A stretch of DNA of 64,000 bases, taken from positions 96,001 through 160,000 of the forward strand of contig CAVYRJ010000009.1 of assembly GCA_963770935.1 (NCBI GenBank), in the 5' to 3' direction. The notes beneath the pieces were generated by a model. It did not search any database and had not been told where the DNA came from. It worked only from the letters and a program-made list of their open reading frames with translations. The translations under genes were made by a program, and so were the position numbers. Positions 40,900-51,201 of the stretch are shown here, piece by piece. Source of the stretch: Candidatus Bathyarchaeota archaeon (lineage in GTDB: Archaea; Thermoproteota; Bathyarchaeia; Bathyarchaeales; Bathycorpusculaceae). The first letter of the stretch is position 1. Each line of letters begins with the position of its first letter.

Positions 40900-42144
40900 T
40901 TAAACATTTTTTCCATTCATCCACACGGCGCCCGTAGCCTCGGACAGTTCTTTTTTCAGAGCAACAAGGTCTTCCAGCCCCAATTTTTTAATATCGTTCT
41001 TTCCAACAATTCTCAGTAAATTTGCAATTTCCATATTTGAAACTTTGATGAAATTTGTAAGCTTACGAACCCCCTCGTCAACGTCTAATCGCTGGACTAA
41101 AATTGGATCGTTTGTAGTTACTCCAGTCGGGCATTGTCCTGTGTGGCAGAGTCTGTATTGCTGACAATTTATTGCTATCAAAGCAGAAGTTCCAATGGCA
41201 ACTGCATCTGCACCAAGGGCAAGACACTTTGCGAAATCCGCTGAAGTTCTCAATCCACCCCCAGCTATCAAACTAATTTTATCCCTTGCGCCAATCTTCT
41301 TCAAATGCCTGTCAGCTCTTGGCAGAGCAACGATAATGGGAACCCCAACATTCTCTCTGACAAAAAATTCAGTGGCTCCGGTTCCCCCGCCAAAGCCATC
41401 AAGTGAAATGAAATCTACACCGCTTCTCGCCAAGATTTCAATGTCATTTTCAACGTTTCCGCAACCTATCTTAGCTCCGATTGGAACTCCATTAGTTAGT
41501 TCTTTAAACAACCGTATTTTTTCTTTAAGCTCATCTTCATTTCTTATGTCTGGGTGATGTGCAGGAGAGTGTTGGTCTTCTCCTTCTTTAAGCGCCAACA
41601 ACTTTGATACTTCTTGAGGTACTTTATTTGCTGGCAATAGACTCTCCCAACCTGGATATGCGCCTTGACCAAACCTGATTTCTACCGCTGAAATTTTCTT
41701 GAGAATATCTTCAGTTGTGTTAAGCCTCACGGTTGAGTATTGTAAAATGAGAGTTTTTGATGCAATATCTAGCTCTTCTGGAAGGATAATATCTTCCCCC
41801 GAGTTTATTCCAACATCTAAGCTTGATGCAACCTTTGCCAGAACTAACCTGACATTTCTAGATACAGCTCCATAGCTCATCCCGCTGAACAATATTGGAG
41901 AAGAGACTTTCAGAGGTTTTTTTGCTTGTGGTCCAATAACAGTCTTTATGTTTACTTCTTCGTTGGTATTAAGAGGAATTTTAGAGACTTGAGCGGGCAC
42001 AAAATGAAAATCGTCAAGAGAAAATGGCATTTTTTTAAGGGACCCCATAGAACCCAGCATGCTTACTCCCTTTTCTGCCACGTTCCTTATTTCGACCATT
42101 TTAGAGTAAAAATCTTCCCTTTCAGCTATGTCCTTTTTAATCAT
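40900..42144 (-). CDS. FMN-binding glutamate synthase family protein (stand-alone FMN domain)
   Basis: GMSYGA, GQGA.PG, HSP..H.DI, DG..GGTGA, C..YRLCHTG.CPTGVTT. Confidence 0.9.
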   Translation of the reverse strand: MIKKDIAEREDFYSKMVEIRNVAEKGVSMLGSMGSLKKMPFSLDDFHFVPAQVSKIPLNTNEEVNIKTVIGPQAKKPLKVSSPILFSGMSYGAVSRNVRLVLAKVASSLDVGINSGEDIILPEELDIASKTLILQYSTVRLNTTEDILKKISAVEIRFGQGAYPGWESLLPANKVPQEVSKLLALKEGEDQHSPAHHPDIRNEDELKEKIRLFKELTNGVPIGAKIGCGNVENDIEILARSGVDFISLDGFGGGTGATEFFVRENVGVPIIVALPRADRHLKKIGARDKISLIAGGGLRTSADFAKCLALGADAVAIGTSALIAINCQQYRLCHTGQCPTGVTTNDPILVQRLDVDEGVRKLTNFIKVSNMEIANLLRIVGKNDIKKLGLEDLVALKKELSEATGAVWMNGKNV

Positions 42145-42356
42145 GGAATTTAGCCTTCACAGACTCCCTTATTTAGGTAACTATTACCATATTTCACAGC
42201 TTCTCTCTAAAAAGTTCGCGCTCTATGCGATCCTAATTATTTTAAGAAGCAATTATTTCCAAACAACATCACCAAAAAAAGATTAAGTTGAACAGCCATC
42301 CTTTTTCATTTCCAATCTACATTTATACCGCGTTTGCCAGTTTCTAATAAAGTAAG

Positions 42357-42731
42357 GTGCTTTACTTGAAAACATTCGAATTAACAATTCCCAAACAGTA
42401 TATAGACTACGTCAACAAAGAAATTAAGAAACCAAAACGGTCCAACACTGAACTCTTAGAACTCTGGTTGGAGCGAGAATTAAGCATCGAAAACGAAGGC
42501 ACATATGGAAACTTGCCGACCGACGAAAGTCACGTGACCGTGGAGGTTCTGCCAAATGGAAACTACAAAGTGACAATTTCAAACGTGTGCTTTGGCATGA
42601 TTATGTCGCATGTGCAACCGGAACCCCATGGTCACAAGATGCACAGCGAAGATATATTCCACTGTTGGCTTGACATAAAAACAAACAAACTTCACCTCGA
42701 CCAACACATCGAAGTTAAAGAAACAACCTAA
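42357..42731 (+). CDS. Hypothetical protein (His-rich C-terminus)
   Basis: 124-aa ORF. Confidence 0.55.
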   Translation: MLYLKTFELTIPKQYIDYVNKEIKKPKRSNTELLELWLERELSIENEGTYGNLPTDESHVTVEVLPNGNYKVTISNVCFGMIMSHVQPEPHGHKMHSEDIFHCWLDIKTNKLHLDQHIEVKETT

Positions 42732-42970
42732 ACCTTGACTTTTAAAATTTAGATGTAAGCATCTATTCTAACTCAATTTCTCTGGTTATTCTCGATGGTA
42801 CAAGCTCATTGGTCCTTTGTATAACCCCAACTTGTGGGTGATAGCGCTGATTCTTCTAGGCGCACTTTCCCTACGGAACGCCAGAACCAATAGAGCCACC
42901 TATCCGCCTGAACGGAAATTACTTATTTTTTGTTTTCCTTTCTAACGCCACAGCAATAAGAACAATTGAA

Positions 42971-43031
42971 CTCTCCTGACTTTCTTTGACTACTACAGAC
43001 TATTTCAGACTACTACAGACTATTACAGACT
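42971..43031. repeat. Degenerate 10-bp tandem repeat (consensus TAYTACAGAC)
   Basis: ctctcctgac tttctttgac tactacagac tatttcagac tactacagac tattacagac. Confidence 0.85.
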
Positions 43032-43314
43032 CAACATGCAGATGTCACAAACCCTAAATCAAAAAAGCAACCCAAAACAACCTCTGCTCCAAATTGTAAT
43101 TTCAACTTTTGTTCTTCTAGAAGAGATTTTTTTCAGGGTCCAATTTAACTTAATTAGTTGATCGAGCTTCCATTGCTGAACAGAATTTTTTGAACATTTT
43201 TGTGTGCAAGAAAACCAAGAAAGCCCAAAAATGCTTCTGCCGAAAATGCCGTTGTGTAGTTGACATTGCCTATAAGCCAGGTCTGCTCTATGTGTGGTTT
43301 CCCGAGGTAATGGT

Positions 43315-43494
43315 ATGTTTGCTCAAATAGTAATCGATTGTCAAACTCGAAAAGAAACTTTTGGTTGCGAGTATTGTATTGTAAAAGAGAATTGTCATCT
43401 TCGCCTAGAATTAGAAGGTAAAATTGGAGTTGAGGAGAAACCGCAGAGACTGCTGGGTCCTCTTTTAACTATGGAAGCTCCAGTTTTTGGATAA
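43315..43494 (+). CDS. Small Cys-rich protein
   Basis: GAGGT SD; C-x8-CxxC-x5-C. Confidence 0.55.
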   Translation: MFAQIVIDCQTRKETFGCEYCIVKENCHLRLELEGKIGVEEKPQRLLGPLLTMEAPVFG

Positions 43495-43580
43495 TATCTT
43501 TAAGCATAAATCAACGGTACATACAATAATCCAAGGTTAGTTTAGGCTAAAGAGCGTTTACTAAGAGAGGGGGCAATCGG

Positions 43581-46500
43581 TTGAGTGAGAACGACAATAA
43601 TATAGAGCATTCATGCAAAAAAAAGCCGAGCAAAGATTCCTTAACTGCTTCAGGAATCGCAGAGTACATCCGCTTCAACTGCTGCCCCAGATTCTTCAAG
43701 CTAAGACTCCAAGACGACGATGAGGAAGAAAAGCGCAAATGGCCAATCTTTAAGCCAATTAGTCCCCTGCTTTATGGCGTAGGAAAAACGCTCGAAGAGA
43801 AAAAAGTTGCAGAACTCCAAACCAAAGCAGCCGAATACCACGATTGTAACAAGTACGTTGAAAATGAAGAGTCTTCCTTCAATAATTTGCGTGACGTCAT
43901 CGAGGAACAGATTTCTTCAATAGAAAGAGCTGATGGTAAGCCTGTTTTGCTCTATCAGGTTCCAATGATGGGCAAAATCGGAGTTTGGAAAGTTAAGGGC
44001 ATAGCTGATTTGATTGCCCTTTGGCGCTGCAAAGACGGAAAAGTGAAGGTTAGAATTTTTGAACTCAAGTCCTCTTGGCTAGAGCAGACTGCGCACCGAA
44101 TACAAGTAGCCATCTATGTATTGCTCCTATCAAAAGAATTAGCGAACCTTCTGCCCAAAATCGATGTTGAAGGCGGAGTAATTAATAGGGAAACGAATCT
44201 GGAAAATCTGACCCCTGAAACACTTCCCAAATTCAAGCTCAGCCCCCTAATTCAGGATGTTGAGCGTCTGCTTGCTGAAAACGGCGAGTTAAACCGTATT
44301 CGTAAGACTCCGCTACCCCAGGTTGAGTATCAGCTTTGCGCGAGATGCGACAACTGCGGGTTCAACGAGTATTGCATTGTTTGCTCAGTTGAAAATGAGA
44401 GTATTGCGCTGCTTAACTTGAGTAGGGGCGAACAGAGGGCGTTGGGACACTATGGAATCAAACGGCTTGAGGATCTGGCGAGATTAAAGGTTGTGATGGA
44501 TACAAGCGATTTGCGCCCCTACGACTTCAAAAGCATACAAGCCAAAGAACCTGAGAAGGTACATTTGTTAGCCACTGACAGAGTCGTAGGTGCCAAGTTG
44601 GATTGGCTGGTTCAGCGTGCGCAGTATATGCTTGGTGGAATTCGCCCAAACAGCCCCTTTGCCAGCAGGAGCAGGTGGATGCCCTGGTTAACAGGAACCG
44701 GTTATGGCGGGCTTCCCGAGGATAGTCCTTCAAACGGCATGGATTCAGCCCTTCTCTTTAGTCCAGACGGCATGATACGCGTTTACCTTTTTGTTGAACG
44801 CGACTATATGTTAGACGTTATTTCGATGATTAGCGCAAGGGTGGATTGTACACGCTACAAAGGCGACCCCTTAGGAGTATCAAAGGTTATTGCCAATCTT
44901 CCCGACGACCGACAAGAATGTTTAGATGAAGAAAAGAATCTGCTAGAAGCCTTCTTCAAAGACCTCACGGAAGCTATTACAAAGGTAGCCAAGGAAGTGG
45001 GCAGCCCAGATGAAGCCCCAATCCACCTTTACTTCTTTAGCAGAGGAGAAAGAGACGTACTAATGGAGGCAGTACGCCGCCAACCAACCTTGCTAAGTGC
45101 CATGGCGATTAGAGACCTTTTAGGACTAAGACAAGCCATTGACCAGCCAATGTTTTCAATCCTCCAAGATGAAGTAATACATAGAAAAGCCCTAAAATTT
45201 CATAGTACAGGGCTTCTGCCAATCCTTGAGCAATCGAGTTTTTTCGAAAATAAAGCTTGGTTGGCGAAGCGTAAGGATGGATCATCGGTTGATTTACGTT
45301 TAGTTTTCCGCGATGGATTGTTTAATTATTCACTTCCCTACAAAAGAAACCCAGATGGGTCAATCCTTTTTCTTGATGATAGATACGGACACAAAGATGG
45401 ATATTATCCTGCGCGTGCTCGGTTCGGCAACCAAATCCCTATAGAGTACTTGTGGGCCGCCAAAGGTCGCTTGGATAATTACCCGACGAAGGTTCTATTG
45501 GAGAAGCACAAATGGTGCGATTATGTTCAAAAAACAAGACGGATTACCGATGAAGAACTCAACCTCATGGGACTAAAGCTCTGCATGGCTCTAGAACACG
45601 TGGAACGGTCACTAATTATTCGTAACAGAAGGCTGGGCAAGAAACCGATTGCTGTCCCCACAATTGCAAATTTTTCATTAGGCGCTGCAACTTTAGAACG
45701 TGGATGCAGAGAATTTTTGGATTTAGAGTATTTTTCCAAGCGACAAGAGATGTACCAGCACTATTCTTTGCTCCCCTACCAGCGAGTAGCTTCAGGTAGA
45801 TCACTGATTTTTGAGTGCACTGGTGTCGCTGAGTCCGAAAAAGATTTTGTAGTTCGCGGAAAACTCGTCTATGAAGGCATTGGTTTGCCTAAATCTGACT
45901 GCGTGGCTAATGCTTGTAGAGTTAAAGGAGCAGACGGGTCAAGTTCTGGCGATTGGATGGTTGTAACCGAGCTTAGGCGCAACGAGCAGGCTCAGTTTGA
46001 AGAAGCTCAGAAACGCTCCCCATCCGAAGTGGAAAAATCAGCCCGGGCAATCGTCGACAAAATAGATGTACGCAAATCAGAGATAGTAATCAATGTAGTT
46101 ACTTGGCCAAGCGGCAAAGGAAGAAAATATAGCGCCTGGCACAATCTTCCAACAACTGACCCTGAGAAAGCAAAAAACAAGTATATGCAACTCTTTGAGG
46201 TCGGGCGAATCTACATTTTGGATGAGTTAGCGGATGATATTATTTCTGATAGGGCGGCAAAGTGCCTTGACTATGCGGGCAACAATGTGCTCTACTGTTT
46301 GTTAGCGAACTTCTTAGCGGGCAAATCTGAGGCTTCTTCGCATAAGGCTTTGCCACGGGATGCGGCTGCTTCGTTCTTGCGTTGGGTTGAGGGCAGACGA
46401 TTTTCTCCAAAGGCAGAGCAGCAACGGTTCATTGAGCGGGTTTTTGGGAAAGAGCAGATTGTTATGTTGCAGGGTCCACCGGGCACGGGGAAGACTGAGA

Positions 46501-47879
46501 CTTTGCAATTGGCTGTTTTGGCGCATGTCGCCACCCACAGAGTCAATTCAAGATGTCGTGTGCTAATGGTTGCTCCAACACACAAGGCTATCCACGAGTT
46601 TGTCAGCAAGCTTGCTCGGTGCTGGCAAGAATACTGCAGAGAAGGCGGCAAGGATCTAAAAGACCTGAACATTTACCGTGTGCTAAGCAGTTCCACTTCA
46701 TCCGCCAAACCCATCGACGGCGTCACTTACGTCAATTACAACGAAGACGAGGAAACTGTGCAGGAACTCAAAGATTATTTATTGAACCAAGCAACATTAA
46801 CCCCTAACTCTTCAGGTTCTGATCCCTTGATTTTATGCCTCACACCTCCAGGCTTGTACGGTTTAATGAAGAAGATCGGAGACTCTGAGCCTCCATGGGG
46901 CGAAGGCTTCTTTGATTTGCTTGTGGTCGACGAGGCTAGCATGATGCGTTTGCCCGAGCTGATTCTTTCAGGCTCATTCTTAACTAAAAGCAGCCAGATC
47001 CTCGTAGCTGGAGACCATCGGCAGTTGCCCCCGATTCAGGCGCACAACTGGGAAAAAGAAGACCGCCGAACACTCGAAGAAATGGCATCCTTCCTATCCG
47101 CAATGGATTTCCTAAGATTGCTACGCCAAGAAGACCTAGGCATAGATCGGATTAGTTGCAAACACCCTGCAGAAATTCCTGCTGAACGATTGTGCGAAAG
47201 CCACAGATGCCACTCAGTCGTAGCAGAGTTTCTGCGAGAATGGGTATATGAGAAGGACAAGATTGATTTTCGCTCCGACCAAAAACAAACGATAGCAGCT
47301 TCTGAGCCTAAAACTGATGGGTTAGGGGTTGTTTTGAATCCGGAGAACGTTTTTGTCCTGATTGTCCACGATGAAGCGGAAAGTTTCCAATCCAACATCG
47401 TTGAAGCATCGATTGTGGAAGCCTTGGTACGTAACGTGAAATCTGAGGGTATAGGCGTAATTACGCCTCATAACGCCCAGAAAGGCTTGCTGAAAAATAT
47501 GCTTTCTGAGGGCTGCGAAAACGCCAGAATCGACACTGTTGAACGATTTCAGGGCGGCGAAGCAGACTTCATCATCATCTCCTCCACCGTCAGCGACCCA
47601 GATTATGTCCGAAGCGAAAGCGACTTCCTACTTAACTTGAACCGAATTAACGTAGCCATTTCACGCATGAAGAAAAAACTGGTTATTATTGCGAGCAGGT
47701 CTATTTTTGAGTTCATGCCTCAGGACGCCAAAGACTATGACAAGGCTTTGCTCTGGCGAGGGATTTCGCAGACGGTTGGGTTTACGGCTGACTCGAAAGC
47801 ACATTGGACGGGTACTCTATCAGAGTTTCTGGGGAAAGATGCTTTACCGGTAAAGATTGAAATCTACATTAAGTCATGA
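43581..47879 (+). CDS. Cas4/RecB-like nuclease fused to SF1 (DNA2/UPF1-like) helicase
   Basis: TASGI...CCPRF, GIAD..ELK, QVAIY, CDNC..NEYC; QGPPGTGKT, DEAS, GDHRQLPP, SHR, ITPHNAQ, TVERFQGGE, NVAISR. Confidence 0.9.
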   Translation: MSENDNNIEHSCKKKPSKDSLTASGIAEYIRFNCCPRFFKLRLQDDDEEEKRKWPIFKPISPLLYGVGKTLEEKKVAELQTKAAEYHDCNKYVENEESSFNNLRDVIEEQISSIERADGKPVLLYQVPMMGKIGVWKVKGIADLIALWRCKDGKVKVRIFELKSSWLEQTAHRIQVAIYVLLLSKELANLLPKIDVEGGVINRETNLENLTPETLPKFKLSPLIQDVERLLAENGELNRIRKTPLPQVEYQLCARCDNCGFNEYCIVCSVENESIALLNLSRGEQRALGHYGIKRLEDLARLKVVMDTSDLRPYDFKSIQAKEPEKVHLLATDRVVGAKLDWLVQRAQYMLGGIRPNSPFASRSRWMPWLTGTGYGGLPEDSPSNGMDSALLFSPDGMIRVYLFVERDYMLDVISMISARVDCTRYKGDPLGVSKVIANLPDDRQECLDEEKNLLEAFFKDLTEAITKVAKEVGSPDEAPIHLYFFSRGERDVLMEAVRRQPTLLSAMAIRDLLGLRQAIDQPMFSILQDEVIHRKALKFHSTGLLPILEQSSFFENKAWLAKRKDGSSVDLRLVFRDGLFNYSLPYKRNPDGSILFLDDRYGHKDGYYPARARFGNQIPIEYLWAAKGRLDNYPTKVLLEKHKWCDYVQKTRRITDEELNLMGLKLCMALEHVERSLIIRNRRLGKKPIAVPTIANFSLGAATLERGCREFLDLEYFSKRQEMYQHYSLLPYQRVASGRSLIFECTGVAESEKDFVVRGKLVYEGIGLPKSDCVANACRVKGADGSSSGDWMVVTELRRNEQAQFEEAQKRSPSEVEKSARAIVDKIDVRKSEIVINVVTWPSGKGRKYSAWHNLPTTDPEKAKNKYMQLFEVGRIYILDELADDIISDRAAKCLDYAGNNVLYCLLANFLAGKSEASSHKALPRDAAASFLRWVEGRRFSPKAEQQRFIERVFGKEQIVMLQGPPGTGKTETLQLAVLAHVATHRVNSRCRVLMVAPTHKAIHEFVSKLARCWQEYCREGGKDLKDLNIYRVLSSSTSSAKPIDGVTYVNYNEDEETVQELKDYLLNQATLTPNSSGSDPLILCLTPPGLYGLMKKIGDSEPPWGEGFFDLLVVDEASMMRLPELILSGSFLTKSSQILVAGDHRQLPPIQAHNWEKEDRRTLEEMASFLSAMDFLRLLRQEDLGIDRISCKHPAEIPAERLCESHRCHSVVAEFLREWVYEKDKIDFRSDQKQTIAASEPKTDGLGVVLNPENVFVLIVHDEAESFQSNIVEASIVEALVRNVKSEGIGVITPHNAQKGLLKNMLSEGCENARIDTVERFQGGEADFIIISSTVSDPDYVRSESDFLLNLNRINVAISRMKKKLVIIASRSIFEFMPQDAKDYDKALLWRGISQTVGFTADSKAHWTGTLSEFLGKDALPVKIEIYIKS

Positions 47880-48040
47880 AGCTTTAAGAAATAGAAAAAT
47901 GAAACTGCCCTTTTTTATTAAAAAAAACAGCTTTTTTCCTTACAAGAAATCCAAAAAAGCTCCAAAACAACTGCACCATATTATTGTTGATTTTTTCCTC
48001 ATTTTAGACAAACCAAAAAACCAAACATACCCCAAAATAT

Positions 48041-49015
48041 CTAGGACTTTCGTTTTCTTTTGCGCTTGATTGAAGAGAGAACGATGGCGATTTGGTTTAG
48101 TTGATCATTGTTGAGTATGATTTCAGAAGTTTTAGATTTGATGTTTGTATTTTTTAGCATTTTAAAGAATTGTTCTCTTTGCAGCTGGTATGTTTTTTCT
48201 GTTTCAAAGGCTGCGTGGTAATCTCCTTCATCTGTTTCTACACGAGCTTTATCGATTATTCGGATCAATTCAATGCCTATTTCGCCGCGTTTGTTTAAGT
48301 CAGCTATGTATGCGTTGTCACCAAGTTTAAGTTGTAAAAAAGCATTGTAACCAACGTCTCCTATAACAGAAAGATTTGTGTGCCAATTTGTTTCCTTCTT
48401 TATCTTGCGCTCAAATTTTGGAGATATCCACTTGGAAACCCCAATGTACCACGTATTTATGTAAGCATTTGTCCAATCTTTGATTTTAGTGTGAGGCTTA
48501 ACTTTTTTAAGAGTACTGTTTTTTGTTGTCTTTTGCGATAAATTCCACATTTGCTTATACTTCTTCAAATCACCTATCGGTTTTGCTGAGTTCCATAAAT
48601 TCTCATTAAAGAAGCCCTTTACTTCCTCTGCCTCTACCCTCTCAAGCAGCACTCCAACTTCAATATTACTTTCAAATGCTGCTTCCGTCAAATTGGCTGA
48701 AGTTATTAAAGCTGAATCGTCAAAAATGTAGATGTTTGAATTAAAATTTTCATGAGATTTAATGTTGATACCCTTAAAGTGCTCCATAAGGTACTGTATT
48801 TCATTTGGATTAACTGCCCCTTCTTTGACTGAAACATCATTTACAGGAAAGACAAATCGGATGTCGGCTGGAGGGGTCTTTAGGATTTCCTGTGAAAAAA
48901 CTCTATGGGCACCTAAACCAAGAGAGGGGGAACATACCCATAAAATCTCTTTTGTGTCTAACGATTTCTGAAGAACAGTTTCATATAACTCTGCATTGGA
49001 CAGGAATATAGTCAT
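48041..49015 (-). CDS. PLD-like nuclease-domain protein with degenerate HxK motif
   Basis: FNSNIYIFDD.ALITSANLT...NIEVGV (NxN where HxK is expected). Confidence 0.75.
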   Translation of the reverse strand: MTIFLSNAELYETVLQKSLDTKEILWVCSPSLGLGAHRVFSQEILKTPPADIRFVFPVNDVSVKEGAVNPNEIQYLMEHFKGINIKSHENFNSNIYIFDDSALITSANLTEAAFESNIEVGVLLERVEAEEVKGFFNENLWNSAKPIGDLKKYKQMWNLSQKTTKNSTLKKVKPHTKIKDWTNAYINTWYIGVSKWISPKFERKIKKETNWHTNLSVIGDVGYNAFLQLKLGDNAYIADLNKRGEIGIELIRIIDKARVETDEGDYHAAFETEKTYQLQREQFFKMLKNTNIKSKTSEIILNNDQLNQIAIVLSSIKRKRKRKS

Positions 49016-49193
49016 AGGTTGAAGTTGCTTTGTATGAATAAAAGTTTTCCCAAAGTATTACCTATGATACCCGTTTCGAGAAAGCCAAGCGACAATGTTT
49101 GCATACTCGATATGATAAAAAAAGTTTTCTAAAGACCAGAATTTCGGTCTATTTTATCTAAAAAGAAAAAAGTGGGGTTGTTTGAATTATGAT

Positions 49194-50960
49194 TTATTTT
49201 GCTCGTTTCTTTAATGCTATAGCTGCAACTGCTATGACTATTATTGCTGATATTGCCGCTACTACAATGAATGCTACTTCCACAGGAAATGCAGTTGATT
49301 GTTGCGGGGCAGGGGATTGTGTGGGCGCTGGGGTTGCTGTTGGCGGAGTTGTTGGTGGAACCTCAGGTGTTGGGCTTGGGGTTTTTGTGGGTGAGGGTTT
49401 TGCTGTTGGCGTTGGAGTTGGTGGCGAGTTAACTGAGAGGCTTACAGTGTTTGATTGTGAAGTTATTCTTTCTGAGTCTTGGATTACGCAGTAGTAAGTG
49501 TAGGTGCCTGGTGTGGTCTTGGTTAGTGCCAACTGGGCATTGGTTTGTCCAGGAATAGCGTTTGATCCTTCATACCATTGGAAAGAGTAAGGCCATACTC
49601 CTCCAGACGCTGAAGCGGTGACTATTGCTGTTTGCCCAACTTTTACAGAAGGGTTATGCATTAAAGCAAAAGCCGCTGGAGGTTGATAGTGACTAAGCAT
49701 CCAATCAAGAGCTGGCTGGCTGACGTCTCTTGCAGAGTAAGTCCCTTGGAAGACATCGCTGTGACCATAATTCGGTAACAATGTCCAACTAAAATCTGTT
49801 GTTGCCATTCCGTTTGTTATGTTTCCGTAAGCAGCGAGGTTTAATCCGCTTCTGAAACCAAGCACTGGCACATTGACCTCAGAAATGTGCGCTATATAAT
49901 CATATGCTAACGGCGGAATTACGTTCCATGCCAGCAGGGCATTATAATCTATGAATACTCTAACTGGATAGTATCTTTCCGCTTGGGTGGCTAAATTCAT
50001 GTTTACTGTAATGTTACTGTAGCCTCCATAGGTATTGAATGAATTAGCAATATTCCAGTTGTATTCGAACCATTCCGTGATGTTAGCCCAAGTATTGTTA
50101 GTGCGCGGGTTAATTGTTGTTATCAATGTTCCATTGAGATACTGAGCGGGAGCACCAGGGTTTTGAGCGGCAAATTGAACCAAAAACACATATCCCGGAT
50201 TCAGCGAAGAAGGAACATTGGATGTCTGTGGGGATTCCCATAGCCAAGTTCCAAGGGTCTTTATGCTGTTTACTGCGGCGGTCACATTATAGAAGGCTGT
50301 TAGATTCTGGCTTTTCGCTAAAATAGATTTTGGTGGACCTGGATCTAAGAGAATCAATCCTCTAAGATCCTGCTGCCAGTATTTGGCTGCGTAGATTTGC
50401 TCCATAATTCCGCCCCAACTCTGGCCAGCCATGAATAATTTTTGTGCTCCAGAAACTTGTTTGGCTTTATCAACGGCTTCTTTGATGTCGCTTATGTATT
50501 GTTCCATGCCCCAGTCTGCAGTTGCTGAGAGTTGGCTCTTGTTTGTGTCAATGGGTATAAAGTGAGTTCTGTAATCAATAGTGTAGACATCATAGCCTCT
50601 GTTAGCCCAATATATGCATTGACTCATGTTTTCCGTCTTTGTGAAACTATCAGTTGATGGATTTGACGTCAGTCGCTCACCGCTGCCGTACAATCCAGGA
50701 AGCATGAAAACAACTCCTTTTAGAGGAACTCCAGTTTTCACAAGCCGGTGCAAGCCTATTTTGTCGTAGGGTCCATTAGGTTCCATGGACGCGTTTTTTT
50801 GCCAGACGTATTCTTTGAGGTCGACGTAAGCTTTTACTCCTCTGCCATCTTGGGTTAGTGTCCAGTTGTCGGTTGCAGCGTTAGAAAATTTAATGACTAT
50901 AGGGATAGTTGTGATTAATAGTCCAATGATTAGCGTTATTGTTAGGGTTTTATATTTCAT
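49194..50960 (-). CDS. Membrane-anchored alpha/beta hydrolase with Ig-like domain and Pro/Thr linker
   Basis: Signal peptide, GYDVYTIDYR, GQSWGG nucleophile elbow, YGHSD, C-terminal TM + KKRAK. Confidence 0.85.
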   Translation of the reverse strand: MKYKTLTITLIIGLLITTIPIVIKFSNAATDNWTLTQDGRGVKAYVDLKEYVWQKNASMEPNGPYDKIGLHRLVKTGVPLKGVVFMLPGLYGSGERLTSNPSTDSFTKTENMSQCIYWANRGYDVYTIDYRTHFIPIDTNKSQLSATADWGMEQYISDIKEAVDKAKQVSGAQKLFMAGQSWGGIMEQIYAAKYWQQDLRGLILLDPGPPKSILAKSQNLTAFYNVTAAVNSIKTLGTWLWESPQTSNVPSSLNPGYVFLVQFAAQNPGAPAQYLNGTLITTINPRTNNTWANITEWFEYNWNIANSFNTYGGYSNITVNMNLATQAERYYPVRVFIDYNALLAWNVIPPLAYDYIAHISEVNVPVLGFRSGLNLAAYGNITNGMATTDFSWTLLPNYGHSDVFQGTYSARDVSQPALDWMLSHYQPPAAFALMHNPSVKVGQTAIVTASASGGVWPYSFQWYEGSNAIPGQTNAQLALTKTTPGTYTYYCVIQDSERITSQSNTVSLSVNSPPTPTPTAKPSPTKTPSPTPEVPPTTPPTATPAPTQSPAPQQSTAFPVEVAFIVVAAISAIIVIAVAAIALKKRAK

Positions 50961-51201
50961 TTTTTCTTATTCTCCTTTATTTCGGGTACTTCTTGTCATT
51001 GCGCCCCTCACTCGGCACTCAGATAGGAAAACTCCTTCAATTTCAATTCCGTAAGTTCTCCTAAGTCACTATTAGGTCCGGAAAAATATGTAGCAATTTT
51101 TGACGATTTTTCCGATTTTTCCTGATTTTTCAGGAAGATGCAAAGAAAGCCCAATTCACTTCATTTCGAAAACTAAAGAATTATACTTTACTTTATTTAT
51201 C

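Noticed and set aside
42971-43031. Possible CRISPR array near the Cas4-like gene
   Set aside because: 10-bp contiguous units without spacers; no cas1/cas2 in the window.
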